NCBI RefSeq assembly: GCF_004010195.1
Contig: NC_057718.1
Coordinates: forward strand, 24,641,853-24,669,745
Reading direction: 5' to 3'
Length of the DNA stretch: 27,893 bases
Source of the DNA: Chiloscyllium plagiosum
Taxonomy: Eukaryota
Below are positions 12,330-24,082 of the stretch, piece after piece. Numbering within the stretch: the first letter of the stretch is position 1; each line of letters begins with the position of its first letter. Position numbers and translations under genes: made by a program. The notes below the pieces were generated by a model. It made no database searches. It saw nothing but the letters and a program-made list of their open reading frames with translations, and was not told the DNA's origin.

Positions 12330-13735
12330 TTATTCATCTGAAGGCAGGTAGTGTAGTGTGCTGCTTGTAAGTCCATCCCTCAGGATAGTGTCCACTTCTC
12401 TACTCCCTTCACTCCTCTTGTGAGCCTACACTGTTATTACGACAAATGTTGCTGATGGTCGCTCTCACTCTCTCTCTATCTCTCCCCTTCCCTCTTCCCT
12501 ACTGGAGGAACCTCCACCAGTGTTAGCTATTTCATAGGCAGCAGACAGCCCTAAATTGGTTCCTTTTTCATTTATACCTCCCTTCCAAGTGAGTTGCTCA
12601 AATATGACCCCTCAGCAGAACTTAGATCATACTTAGACACTGAATAACTTCACAAACCTGTTCTACAGACTTAGCTGCAGCCTCCTATTCCCCAGTGTAC
12701 TTTTCTCTTCTACTTGGCTTGCAGCCCTCTGACACGCCCTGCCAACATGTGCAGTCTTTGCGATTACCATTAAGTAGCATGAGCTGCATTAAATTGGGGA
12801 CAATTGCTTCGATAAGTATTTTAATTATTCCATAATACTTTAATTCCTTCTTAAAACAGAAGGCAGACAAGCTTTTGGGCCCCTCACCCTCCAAGCAGAC
12901 TCAATTTTATGCTCGGTCAGAAAGTACAGCATTCTGCTTCCCAATCACTCAGTTCACACTGTGAGCTAAGTTATTGATAATGATCACAATTTTCATTCAT
13001 CCTTCTGGGGAGAAAAAAAATCAACACCATGAGTTGTAAACAAAACCACTTACCTAATACATTAATACCCAGATGTCATGTGCAAGTGTTGATTTGAAGT
13101 GTGAACAATCAGAATCAGTTAACACCTTCTAAACTGACTCGGGAATATTCAGCATCTGTGCACCACCAATATAATTCAGCTGCTTTTGGGTTTAAGGGAA
13201 TTGTTTTAAACTTACACAGGGATGGAATCCGAACGCTGTTGGTGTGTTCAAAATCCTTGACAAATTGAAATACCACTGACATTTAAAAAATCCTGAATGC
13301 TACTTCCCGTCAGCAGGCAGAACTCAGTAACAGATTAGGATTTTGTCATTCTTACCTTTTCATGACTGAGGTTTTTTTTAAAAAGACTTTTCTGACTTTA
13401 TTTCTACAACTTGAGATAAATGAGAAACAATTTATTTTTGGCACTTTGCCAGTAAAAATGGAGTTCTGTAACAATTTTAATCAAGCAACAGTGTATTTCT
13501 TATTCTGCATTCAGATACCTAATTTTAGCCTATTGATATCTTCAAGAACTAAAATATCTAGACAATTTATGGATTTTAAATGTGCCATGTTAAGTGACTA
13601 TAAAATTGTTAATAATTATTCATAACATATTGGTTAAATGCTATAATTGACTGACATGAAACCATGCATTTGTATACTTTGCATTATTATGACCCCAGTG
13701 CATATAATGAGGAAGTATCTTACATAAATACTAAC

Positions 13736-13787
13736 CATAGTCGGTGTTTTCTGGCTCCCAACAATTTGATGGCCAAAAGTACGGTGT
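13736..13787 (-). CDS. RGS7: RGS7 internal coding exon, end of DEP/start of DHEX (52 bp; probably equivalent to mammalian exon 6)
   Basis: The minus strand reads gttgttctttgattgctacag|ACA CCG TAC TTT TGG CCA TCA AAT TGT TGG GAG CCA GAA AAC ACC GAC TAT G|gttagt = TPYFWPSNCWEPENTDY. It continues the upstream exon in frame (..FYRFQ-TPYFWPSN..). CTAAT branch-site candidate at 13822-13826. Confidence 0.97.
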
Positions 13788-14326
13788 CTGTAGCAATCAA
13801 AGAACAACATATTGGTAGTCCATTAGTTTCTTTTGAAAGCAATGAGTAATTGTTCACTTTTGTTTTCAGGTATTATAGTAAGAAACACTCCTCTACTAAA
13901 GTAAACAGCTAATGCAACTTGATCTTTCATTGCTGCTGCATTAAATCCTTGTTCAGACTGACAAGTGATACATCTGGGACCTGGTTTGGGCAGCATGCAC
14001 AAGGAAATCCAGATGCTGACCTAAAGTTGCACTGAGCTCAATTCTTTAGGTGAACTATACGTGATAAAGCAGCCTGCCCATTTTTGAAACTGAAATTCGG
14101 GTTACATGCCACTCAGGCAGTAGCTCTGAAGTATGTGGCAGTAGGTGAGGAGCTGTGTTCATGAGAGCAGAGAATGGTCACAACTGGCTGCAGTGATGTG
14201 GAACTGGATGGATCACTTTTGGTCTTCTTGACTTCAGGTGCATTCAAACTAAGTATGCATAACCATGTTTCAAATAGACTTAGGTATTGAGGCCTTTCAT
14301 GTGTTGCTACTCAGAAGGTAGTTAAA

Positions 14327-14900
14327 TATGAACAGGAAGAGGCACTTCTCACTTTGAACCTGTTCTCTTATTCAATGAGATCATGTCTGTGCTATGACTT
14401 AATTCTGTATTTGCGCCATTACCTTTAGTGTTTTTGCTTAACAGAAAAGCTATCTATCTCAGATGATAAATCATTTGGTTATTTTCAAAATACCACCATT
14501 TGTGGAATACATTGCAGCGCAAAACTTGTATTATCTTTTCTCAATAGAAGTATTTCCTAATTTCAGTCTGGAAGTGTCACACTATTCCAACATCCCCTTG
14601 TCTTCCAGTCTTCTGGATATAAAAGCCATGAACCTTTTCTGTAACTGCTCATCGAAGTGCAATGGTCTACATACCTGGGTCCTCCAGTGCCTTTACCTTT
14701 TTATCATTTAGAAAGTGATCCATTCTATTCTTTTTGGTTCCAAATCTCACAATTTCCTATATTGAAATTCAAATATACTTATTCATGTAATTTTATGTTT
14801 CCATCTCCACTGTCTGTCATCATCGGCAAAAAAAAACTGTCTACAACCCGACTTCAGCCACAACATCTCTGGACAAGCTATAATGACCTGGGCAATGAGA
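14327..14900 (-). mobile_element. Highly decayed CR1 LINE 3' fragment
   Basis: atatgaacaggaagaggc...ttgaacctgttctcttattcaatgagatcatg resembles the CR1 tail at 8120-8190. The right boundary is approximate. Confidence 0.5.
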
Positions 14901-15636
14901 TAAAACAGCTTGGAAATTATTGTTAGTGATATGGTTGCAGAAATGTGCAATATACTTAAAGTTGGGCAGATGGTTTACCATCTCTCGAGGCTTCTCTGGA
15001 TCAAGTGATGACATCTCATTTACCATCCCAGATGAGCCTGGGTCTCATTATGTATTCTCTCTTTATCCTGTCCAGGTCACTGACTCTTTGATGGTAGCTC
15101 TACTGTCTTGAGTAATTTGATATGAGTACTGTCCTTCCTATTCCTTTCGAACTCATAGATCACACTCTCTTCATGTTATGCTGCTCTAAGACAACCAGCA
15201 ATGACTACAATGCTAATACAGCAAGCCAGAAACATTTTGTAAAATTCACTATTTTATTTCTTAATTGCACTCATTATTCAGTTAATTAAGTGCAGATTTG
15301 ACTGTAATTTGGTACTCACTTATCATTTATATCTCCACCAGAATAATTCAGCTCTTGAGAATAGATTTATAGATTGTCAATAGATTGACAAAAAAAAGTA
15401 CTTCTTGCCTTTATATTTTTCAACCATAATTTTGAATGGGTGCAATTCAGCATAGCATTGAACATAGATTAATAACCTATTAGCACACTGCTAAAATAAA
15501 CACGTATATTTTCTGTCACATTAGTATACACAGAAGAATGTAAGATGCAATTATGTAGTACTTGCGAACAGAATGATAAATTAGTTTGACAGCTTTATCT
15601 TTACAGTAACTTTCAATATCATGATGAACTAGAAGA

Positions 15637-15894
15637 CATTGGTGTTGTGGTGGTTTGTCACTAGATTTCTAATCTAGAACCCCAGGCTAGTGTCCTCGGA
15701 ATGTGGGTTCAAATTGCCAATATGATAGATGTCCAAAATTTGAATTCAATGAGGTCTTGAATTAAGAACTAATATAATGATGATCTTACAAACATGCAAT
15801 TGTAATTAAAAACCCAGCTGGTTCTCTAATGCTCTTTAGGGAAAGAAATCTGCTAACATTTGACTCCAAACCTACAGCAATGTGGTTGGTTCTT
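15637..15894 (+). mobile_element. tRNA-derived SINE
   Basis: A-box-like tggtgttgtggtgg and B-box-like gggttcaaattgcc, then the body aaaaacccagctggttctctaatgctctttagggaaagaaatctgc and gactccaaacctacagcaatgtggttg. I recall this as a common shark SINE. Confidence 0.7.
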
Positions 15895-15924
15895 GTGACT
15901 AAAGTGATCAAGCTGTATGCGGCG

Positions 15925-16036
15925 AGAGAGGGGTTAAGGTATTGAGCTTGACAATCAGCCATGATCATATTCAAAAGCAGAGCAAGCTCAAGGGGTCAAA
16001 TGGCTTATTAAGGCTCCTATTTTCTATATTTCTACG
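15925..16036 (+). mobile_element. CR1 3' UTR tail fragment
   Basis: atcagccatgatcatattcaaaagcagagcaagctcaaggggtcaaatggcttatt..gctcctattttctatatttcta corresponds to the CR1 tail seen reverse-complemented at 8120-8195. Confidence 0.7.
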
Positions 16037-18680
16037 TAACCATGACTACCTCCCACCTTTTATATCTCTGCTAAATAACAAGGCAATAATATGACAGAGT
16101 GAGTGTGAAGTTGCAGAGAGAAGATGGCAATTCTAATGCTGGCAGAATGGAGAAAATTTTTTTTCCTACAGTTGTTATGATCCCTTGTTTTTACAGGATA
16201 AGTCAGATTCCACATCAGCAACCTGGATAGTTAGATTATATTTTTATTTGTTTTGCTTTTAACAAAGCCATCACTCACTGAAACATAAGCACACAACACT
16301 GCAAATTTTGCTTCAACAATACAATAGAATGAAATAAATTAAGATAAAATAGAATAATCCAGACTATCTACTTATAATACAAAGATTTCCAAACACATAT
16401 TAAAAGTGTAATACAATTAATCTCAAAAACACTCCTTTGTAAGTTGAAAATAAATGAAATAGCTTTTGTAAAGTATCCAAAATACATTGTTGGTACAGTT
16501 CCTAAAATACCACTCATCAAATACCATAATGGCCACAGCAGAGTCCTTGTACCTAATGTCTCAGCTGGCTCACTATACAGCGTGACCGCCATGACCCAGC
16601 CCACACAATGGGACACTGATTTATCACTGTCTGTCATGTTGAGGGCAAGTGTCAGGAAATGTACAAGGTAGCTCTGGATTCACAGTGCTTGTCCAGATGC
16701 ATTGTGGAGGCTGGTGAATGCCAGGATATTCGTTCAGTAGTGAGGAGTTCTGGGAACAGTGTGAGGAGAGGTAGGCCCAGAATCAGACATGACAGATGCC
16801 ATTGTATGGGGTAGGTTGCTAATGAAGCAAAATGAGGTAAGTACGATAAAGAGCGAAAACCCGCGTGGAATTGCCTCCAAAAAAATTTAAGCAACTTGGA
16901 CTTAACAAAAAAAACAGAAGATTTACGCACAGTTTCATTCTTCCTTCCCCCTGGCCAGTACATGATTAAAATAATAAGTCAGTGAGCATTATAGACTGGC
17001 TGGAAAAACTAACTAGTTGGAAAGGGGCAAATATTAACTATTTATTATCTGTAATATGATCACCGATTCTGACAATGAAACATTTTATATCAATTAAAAA
17101 TATTGTTCGCCATCTCTGTGCATTGGATATTTAGGACTTAAGTCGATATTTTACATAAGCGTTGATGGTTGTCTTGGTGATTCTGCTTTGCTTCCAAAAA
17201 AGAAACAAGTGACTTAATTGACATGAATTGTTCACGCACTTTCACACTAGCACATAGATTTCCACTAGGGTTGAAATTATTTCACATGGCCCAATGATTT
17301 ATTCCTGATGTGAAAAGTAAAAGGAGAAATCTAAAAAAACTCAAAAGTTTGTATGTGTTTGGACACCATGAGATTCAGGTACATTTCAAACTGAAGGATA
17401 CGAAGGAAAATATTTTATATCTTACTTTGGGAGTATTTATTTAACTGCACCTGTAATCCAGAGGCTTGGATGAATGATACAGAATTACTATAGCAGTTTA
17501 GGAATTTAAATTAATCGACACCATTATTGACATTAACTTTGTACTCCAAATGTATGAATTGAGCTTAAGTTTTATAGGTTGGCTGTAGACAGATTTCCAT
17601 TATGTATCCAGATTATCAATTGGGCTTCTGGTTTAGTGACTATACCACATAATGAATTAACCAATTCTGGAAGAAGACGGTCACAAAGGCATTGGATCTC
17701 TGGACCATGTGTCTTCTCTTTCTGTGGTTAAAAAAATAAACACCTAACTCTTGAAGAATGCCAATTTATTAACCCTCACCAGTGCTGTAAACTGTTATTT
17801 TTAATCAGTAAGTCAGAGGCTTTATAAGTTATGAAGAAGTCACTCTGTGGCTCCTGCAAGCAAGTGGACGTACCTGGAGATTACAGCAATCACCGAATAG
17901 CTGGTTCAGTCCCAGGGATCATTGAGTGGCCTTTCCAATTTTCCCTCCACCCACAACACTGCTTCATTTTTGGATCTACTGTGTGTGTCTGTATTTCTTT
18001 ATAGGGGGTGTTTTATAAGGGGGTTGGAATTTTAACAAGTAGAGTTAATGTCGATGGTTCATGATTGTTTCCTTGTAACTAGTATCTATTTGCTTGTAAT
18101 ATATAATAATTCCTGTCAAGTACAGATTTCTAGTCGAGCTTTCTGTCACCCCAGTCTAAAAGGCAGGTAAATTAAGGAATATTGCATACTTTTGCAAAAT
18201 CCTTAACCTGTGAGAAAGCTCTGGGAATAGTAGAGTTTGATTTCCAGCATGACACTCCAGTGAGGTGGAGCAGTTTCAGTGATCAATTGAATAATACTGA
18301 TGACATGTATCGGATATATATCAAGTGAATTCTTGTGGGAAACAAAATGATCAGATGAATATAAAATCATGTGCATGAATTCACCATTTGCACAAAGCAA
18401 TGCACCAAGAGGCTGGAAAACAAAATCTACCCCTTGGTTCCACTTCCTCAGAGATAGTGGTTCAATTTGCTTACACAGAAAGTAACTGATTTAATAATGT
18501 AAATCAAAATTTGAGGTTCAGTGAGATATTTTTATGTGTTGTAACCTGATTTTAATAATGCTGTGCCTCCTAAGGACGTGAGCACAGCGCATATACATTT
18601 TTTCCTTGCATACAGGTGTCAGCAGTCATTCTCTTTAAGGAACAGAAATAATGCTTTCTATTACCTTTCGGTCCTAACAT

Positions 18681-18892
18681 GTTCTGGATTCAAGTCCCAT
18701 TCTATGGAATAGGTGCATAAAAATAAAGGTTGACACTCCAGTGCAGTACCGAGGGAGCACAGCACTGTGTCTTTCCAATGGAGACTATCTGGTCATCATC
18801 AATATGCTGTTTCTGGGCAATTACCATTTGCAAATTTGCTGCTGTGGTTCTGACATTATAACAGTGACTACACTTCAAAAGTACTTCATTTT
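18681..18892 (+). mobile_element. Deu-domain SINE (SacSINE1/AmnSINE1-like), internally deleted
   Basis: B-box-like ggattcaagtccca; tgacactccagtgcagtaccgagggagcacagcactgt; 3' part acattataacagtgactacacttcaaaagtacttcatt. Recognised from memory of DeuSINE consensus sequences. Confidence 0.7.
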
Positions 18893-19010
18893 GAGACAAC
18901 TGGTTGGGATTTGGAATTGAGAAGTCAATCTTCCTGTTGTAACTACTGAGGCAAGGTTTAGCAATCAAACAAGACTTGAAATAAAAGGCAGACGTAGGGC
19001 AGAATATTAG

Positions 19011-19215
19011 ATCATAAGGCCATAAGAAATAGATACAGACTGTTCAGTCCCTTGAACTTGCTCCACTATTCAGGAGAATCACGACTAATCCGACATTCCT
19101 CACATCTTTTTTCTGCCCTTTCCCGAGGACCGTGGTTTCCCTACTAATCAAGAGTCTATCTATTTCAGCCTTAAAAGGATTCTGCCCCACAGCTCTCTGT
19201 GACATGGATTTCCAA
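19011..19215 (-). mobile_element. CR1 3' end fragment
   Basis: atcataaggccataagaaatag..ttcagtcccttgaacttgctccactattca..agtctatctatttcagccttaa, similar to 8111-8290. Confidence 0.7.
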
Positions 19216-19699
19216 CATAGGGGTTATTTTACATTTCATTAGTCCATGTGCCCAGCAATTTGGAATCCACAGGTCAGGTAGGTTTACTTTGTGTATCATC
19301 GAGTCAGTAATCTAAAGCTGCAGAGCAACATGCTGCCAACCCATTGGTCAGATACAAGACCTAAGTGCAAATGAAACAAATACTCCAGTTATGTCAGCTT
19401 TGTTTCCCTATAGCTGCTCATGATCTGCTTGCTGACCCTTTCTAGTTCAAGATACCTTTTCTCATCTGCAGTGCCTGGCAGCAGAGGAGAGCCCTACAGA
19501 AGCATCATCAGTGCCCGAGCACGATGGAGATGTGGATGATCTGATTAACATTCCAGCAGGGTTTCCTGTTCAAATTTCCAGAATGTTGGGGCATCTGGCA
19601 CAGTTTACCCCAGGGCTACTGTTCGTAAGTCAGTATCAGGATTTCTGCCTAGTTGCTACCAAATCTTCATTCAGTGTACATGTTGCTGTTTGAATTGCT

Positions 19700-22600
19700 A
19701 TTTGAATTCATGTATCGCTGGACATCGGAGAGCATCTGGGAAAATTAACAAACAGTGAAATTCACAACTGATCTTGGAGGAACTGTTGGGCAAAGTTCAC
19801 AGCACAGAATCAGATAAGTTAATCGTTGTTTTAAGTGTGGCCTACAGAGAATCTGCAGTAGTGAGTAGAGTGGGTTCTTTCTTGATTATATGTTTTTGGA
19901 GATATGTCTCTTGATTAAACTTAAAATATAAGCCATAACTATTAATTTAATCTGGGGCAGTGTTTTGTAGAGGAATAAAAAGGTGTTATTTTCTGGGTCT
20001 GTAGATTGTGAAGGAACAAAAATGGCCTTGAAAAGAGTGATATGTACTTCTTGTCGGATGTGGGAGTTTAAAGAGAGTTTAAGGGTTACTGTGGATTATA
20101 TCTGCCATAAATGCTGTTGGCTGCGAATCTTATCAGATTGAATGGATCGGTTGGATAGACAGTTAGAAGCAATGAGGAATTTGCAACAGCAATAGTATGT
20201 GATGGATGGCATTATAGGAAGAGTCAGATACAGTCACATAGATGGATTAACTCCAGGAAAGGTAAGCGAGGTAGGCAGCTAGTGCAGGAGTCTTCTGTGG
20301 GTATACTGAGGAGATAGTGAGGAAAGAAGTCAATCTGAGACTGGTACAGTTGAGAACAGAAGCGAGTCAAACAGTCAGGGCAGGCAGGGACAAGGTAGGA
20401 CTGATAAATTAAACTGCATATATTTCAAAGCAGGAGACCTAACAGGGAAGGCAGATGAAATCAGGGCATGGTTAGGAACATGGGACTGGGATATATAGCA
20501 ATTACAGAAACATGGCTGAGGGATGGGCAGGACTGGCAGCTTAATGTTCCAGGATACAAATGCTACAGGTAGGATAGAAAGGGAGACAAGAGAGGAGGGG
20601 GAGTGGCATTTTTGATAAGGGATAGCATTACAGCTGTGCTGAGGGAGGATATTTCCAGAAATACATCCAGGGAAGTTATTTGGGTGGAACTGAGAAATAA
20701 GAAAGGGATGATAACCTGATTGGGATTGTATTATAGACTCCCTCATCGTCAAAGGGAAATTGAGAAACAAACTTGTAAGGAGATCTCAGCTATCTGTAAG
20801 AATAATAAGGTGGTTATGGTAGGGAATTTTAACTTTCCAAACATTGGCTGGTACTACCATAGTGTTAAGGGTTTAGATGGAGAGGAATTTTTTAAGTGTG
20901 TACAAGACAATTTTCTGATTCAGTATGTGGAGGTACCTACTAGAGAAGGTGCAAAACTTGACCTACTCTTGGGAAATAAGGCAGGGCAGGTGACTGAGGT
21001 GTCAGTGGGGGAGCACTTTGGGACCAGTGACCATAATTCTATTAGATTTAAAATAATGATGGAAAAGGATAGACCAGATCTAAAAGTTGAAATTCTAAAT
21101 TGGAGAAAGGCCAATTTTGATGGTATTAGGCAAGAACTTTCAAAAGCTGATTGGGGGCAGATGTTCGCAGGAAAAGGGATGGCTAGAAAATGGGAAGCCT
21201 TCAGAAATGAGATAACGAGAATCCAGAGAAAGTACATTCCTGTCAGGGTGAAAGGAAAGACTGGTAGGAATAGGGAATGCTGGATGACTAAAGAAATTGT
21301 GGGTTTGGTTAAAAAAAAGAAGGAAGCATAGGTCAGGTACAGATAGGATAGATCAAGTGAATCCTTAGAAGTGTATCAAGGAAGTAGGAATATACTTAAG
21401 AGGCTATCAGGAGGGCAAAACGGGGAAATGAGATAGCTTTGGCAAATAGAATTAAGGAGAATCCAAAGAGTTTTTACAAATACATTAAGGACAAAAGGGT
21501 AACTAGGGAGAGAATAGGGCCCCTCAAAGATCAGCAAGGCGGCCTTTGTGTGGAGCCACAGAAAATGGGGGAGATACTAAATGAGTATTTTGCATCAGCA
21601 TTTACTGTGGAAAAAGATATGGAAGATATAGACTGTCGGGAAGTAGAAGATGACATCTTGCAAAATGTCCATATTACAGAGGAGGAAGTACTGGATGTCT
21701 TGAAATGGATAAAGGTGGATAAATCCCCAGGACCTGATCAGGTGTACCCGAGAACTCTGTGGGAAGCTAGAGAAGTGATTGCTGGGCCTCTTGCTGAGAT
21801 ATTTGTATCATCGATAGTCACAGGTGAGGTGCCGAAAGTCTGGAGGTTGGCTAACATGGTGCCACTGTTTAAGAAGGGTGGTAAACACAAGCCAGGGAAC
21901 TATAGACCAATGAGCCTGACGTCAGTGGTGGGCAAGTTGTTGGAGGGAATCCTGAGGGACAGGATATGCATGTATTTGGAAAGGCAAGGACTGATTAGGG
22001 ATTGTCAACATGGCTTTGTGCGTGGGAAATCATGTCTCACAAACTTGATTGAGTTTTTTGAAGAAGTTACGAAGAGGATTAATGAGGGCTGAGCAGTAGA
22101 TGTGATCTATATGGACTTCAGTCAGGCGTTCAACAAGGTTCCCCATGGAAGACTGATTAGCAAGGTTAGATCTCATGGAACACAGGGAGAACTAGCCATT
22201 TGGATACAGAACTGGCTCAAAGGTAGAAGACAGAGGGTGGTGGTGGAGGGTTGTTTTTCAGACTGGAGGCCTGTGACCAGTGGAGTGCCACAAGGATCGG
22301 TGCTGGGTCCTCTACTTTTTGTCATTTACATAAATGATTTGGATGCGAGCATAAGAGGTACAGTTAGTAAGTTTGCAGATGACACCAAAATTGGAGGTGT
22401 AGTGGACAGCGAAGAGGGTTACCTCAGATTACAACAGGATCTTGATCAGATGGGCAATGGGCTGAGAAGTGACAGATGGAGTTTAATTCAGATAAATGCA
22501 AGGTACTGCGTTTTGGGAAAGCAAATTTTCCCAGGACTTATACACTTAATGGTGAGGTCCCAGGGAGTGTTGCTGAACAAAGAGACCTTGGAGTGCAGGT

Positions 22601-23331
22601 TCATAGCTCCTTGAAAGTGGAGTCACAAGTAGATGGGCTAGTGAAGGAGGTGTTTGGTATGCTTTCCTTCTTTGGTCAGAATATTGAGTACAGGAGTTGG
22701 GAGGTCATGTTGCGGTTGTACGGGACTTTGGTTAGTGGGAGGTCATGTTGCGGTTGTACGGGACTTTGGTTAGGCCACTGTTGGAATATTGCATGCAATT
22801 CTGGTCTCCTTCCTATTGGAAAGATGTTGTGAAACTTGAAAGGGTTCAGAAAAGATTTACAAGGATGTTGCCAGGGTTGGAGGATTTGAGCTATAGGGAG
22901 AGGCTGAACAGGCTAGGACTGTTTTCCCTGGAGCATCAGAGGCTGAGGGGTGACCTTATAGAGGTTTACAAACTTATGAATGGCATGGATAGGGTAAATA
23001 GGCAAAGACTTTTCCCTGGGGTCAGGGAGTTCAGAACTAGAGTGCATAGGTTTAGGTTGAGAGGGAAAAGATATAAGAGAGACCTACGGGGCAACCTTTT
23101 CAAACAGAGGGTGGTATGTGTATGGAATGAGCTGCCAGAGGAAGTTGTGAGGCTGGTACAATTGCAACATTTAAGAGGCATTTGGATGGGTATATGAATA
23201 GGCAGGGTTTAGAGGGATATGGGCCGTGTGCTGGCAGTTGGGACTAGATTGGGTTGGGATATCTGGTCGGCATGGATGGGTTGGACCGAAGGCTCTGTTT
23301 CCATACTGTACATCTCTATGACTCTATGACT
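19700..23331 (+). mobile_element. Near full-length CR1 LINE (5' UTR, truncated ORF1, ORF2 APE+RT, 3' UTR), inactive, antisense to RGS7
   Basis: ORF1 start at 20022: MALKRVICTSCRMWEF..YICHKCCWL (CxxC..CxxC plus heptad leucines). ORF2 from ~20405: APE motifs (IAITETWL, GNFNFP, LDLLL, SDHN) and RT motifs ([35 protein letters not shown]). Several stops and frameshifts; ends in (ctctatga)2. The 5' boundary is approximate. Confidence 0.96.
22698..22773 (+). repeat. Perfect 38-bp tandem duplication inside CR1 ORF2
   Basis: tgggaggtcatgttgcggttgtacgggactttggttag occurs at 22698-22735 and 22736-22773 and causes a frameshift. Confidence 0.97.
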
Positions 23332-23526
23332 TACTTGGTTAATTAGTGTTGCTTGGATGGAAAAGGATTAATAATGGAGTGCCCATTTGTGCCTCCACGT
23401 TTACTCTTTATGTATATCAATGAGATCAGGAACAGACTGCAGAAAGCTACAGCACAGAACAATTTGAGAGACCTTATGCATAAGAACGTAGAATATATTA
23501 AGTCCCACAGGTTGGCATGCAAGCAT

Positions 23527-23847
23527 GTCATCGAGCTATACAGCAACAAAGAGGCACTTAGGTTAGTGCAGATTCAATGGGCCTATCTACACCAATCTCA
23601 TTTTCCATCGCCGTGCCCATTTTGTTAAGTATTATTACATTTGAGATGTTCAACCATGTGCCTTTTAATGACTGAGAGGTTCACCTCCACCTCACTGCCA
23701 GGCAATGTCTTCCAAACTCCTACTACCCCCTGGATAAAAAAGTTGTTTCCTCACCTCTCCTGTTAACCTCTTCCCTATTACCTGAAAATTATGCCCCAGA
23801 TTATTGATCCTTCAACTAAGGGGAATAATTACTCCTTACCAACTTTG
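23527..23847 (-). mobile_element. Old CR1 3' fragment ~130 bp from the exon donor
   Basis: gtcatcgagctatacagca...ccaggcaatgtcttccaaactcctactaccccctggataaaaaagttgtttcctcac is a diverged version of 11386-11700. Confidence 0.65.
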
Positions 23848-23975
23848 CACAATTTCTGTTGTTGTTGTAAATGATAAAAGAGCAAATTTAACAGTCATGG
23901 GTTGACGCCCAAATGGAAAAATAAATAAAAGTGATTCAATTTTATGTCATAATAATTGGTTTGTGTTTAGTGTAC

Positions 23976-24082
23976 CTGAAATCTGTAGAAAGTCCCATCA
24001 TCCTTCAATGTTAGCACATGGTCTGAGATTGGAAAGAAGTAGCCATGAGCTGCCATCAGTGTTCCAAGATGCAATGCTTCTA
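23976..24082 (-). CDS. RGS7: RGS7 internal coding exon, DEP domain (107 bp; probably equivalent to mammalian exon 5)
   Basis: The minus strand reads ttgttttttatttcctttgaacag|TA GAA GCA TTG CAT CTT GGA ... GAT GAT GGG ACT TTC TAC AGA TTT CAG|gtacac, i.e. (V)[35 protein letters not shown]. This matches RGS7 as I recall it; RGS6 differs (AIHLGSLIAAQGYIF). There is a polypyrimidine tract and a CTGAC branch-site candidate at 24108-24112. Phase 1 in, phase 0 out. Exon numbering is from memory. Confidence 0.97.

Larger units (their letters stand above)
13788..23975 (-). other. RGS7: RGS7 intron (phase 0, 10,188 bp, GT-AG) between the two exons
   Basis: Bounded by donor gtacac at 23975 and acceptor ctacag at 13788. 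The flanking peptides are contiguous in RGS7, so no constitutive exon is needed in between. Confidence 0.93.

Noticed and set aside
13664..13849. Plus-strand 61-aa ORF
   Set aside because: Antisense shadow of the 52-bp RGS7 exon.
15637..15720. tRNA gene
   Set aside because: Only degenerate A/B boxes heading a SINE; no cloverleaf.
16368..16963. Minus-strand ORFs of 89 and 103 aa in unique sequence
   Set aside because: No recognisable protein similarity, and the flanking RGS7 exons join without a gap.
22698..22773. 38-bp direct repeats as a CRISPR-like array
   Set aside because: Two adjacent units with no spacer, inside a LINE in vertebrate DNA.
20720..23197. Long ORFs resembling a functional reverse transcriptase/endonuclease gene
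   Set aside because: They are fragments of one CR1 ORF2 broken by stops and frameshifts.
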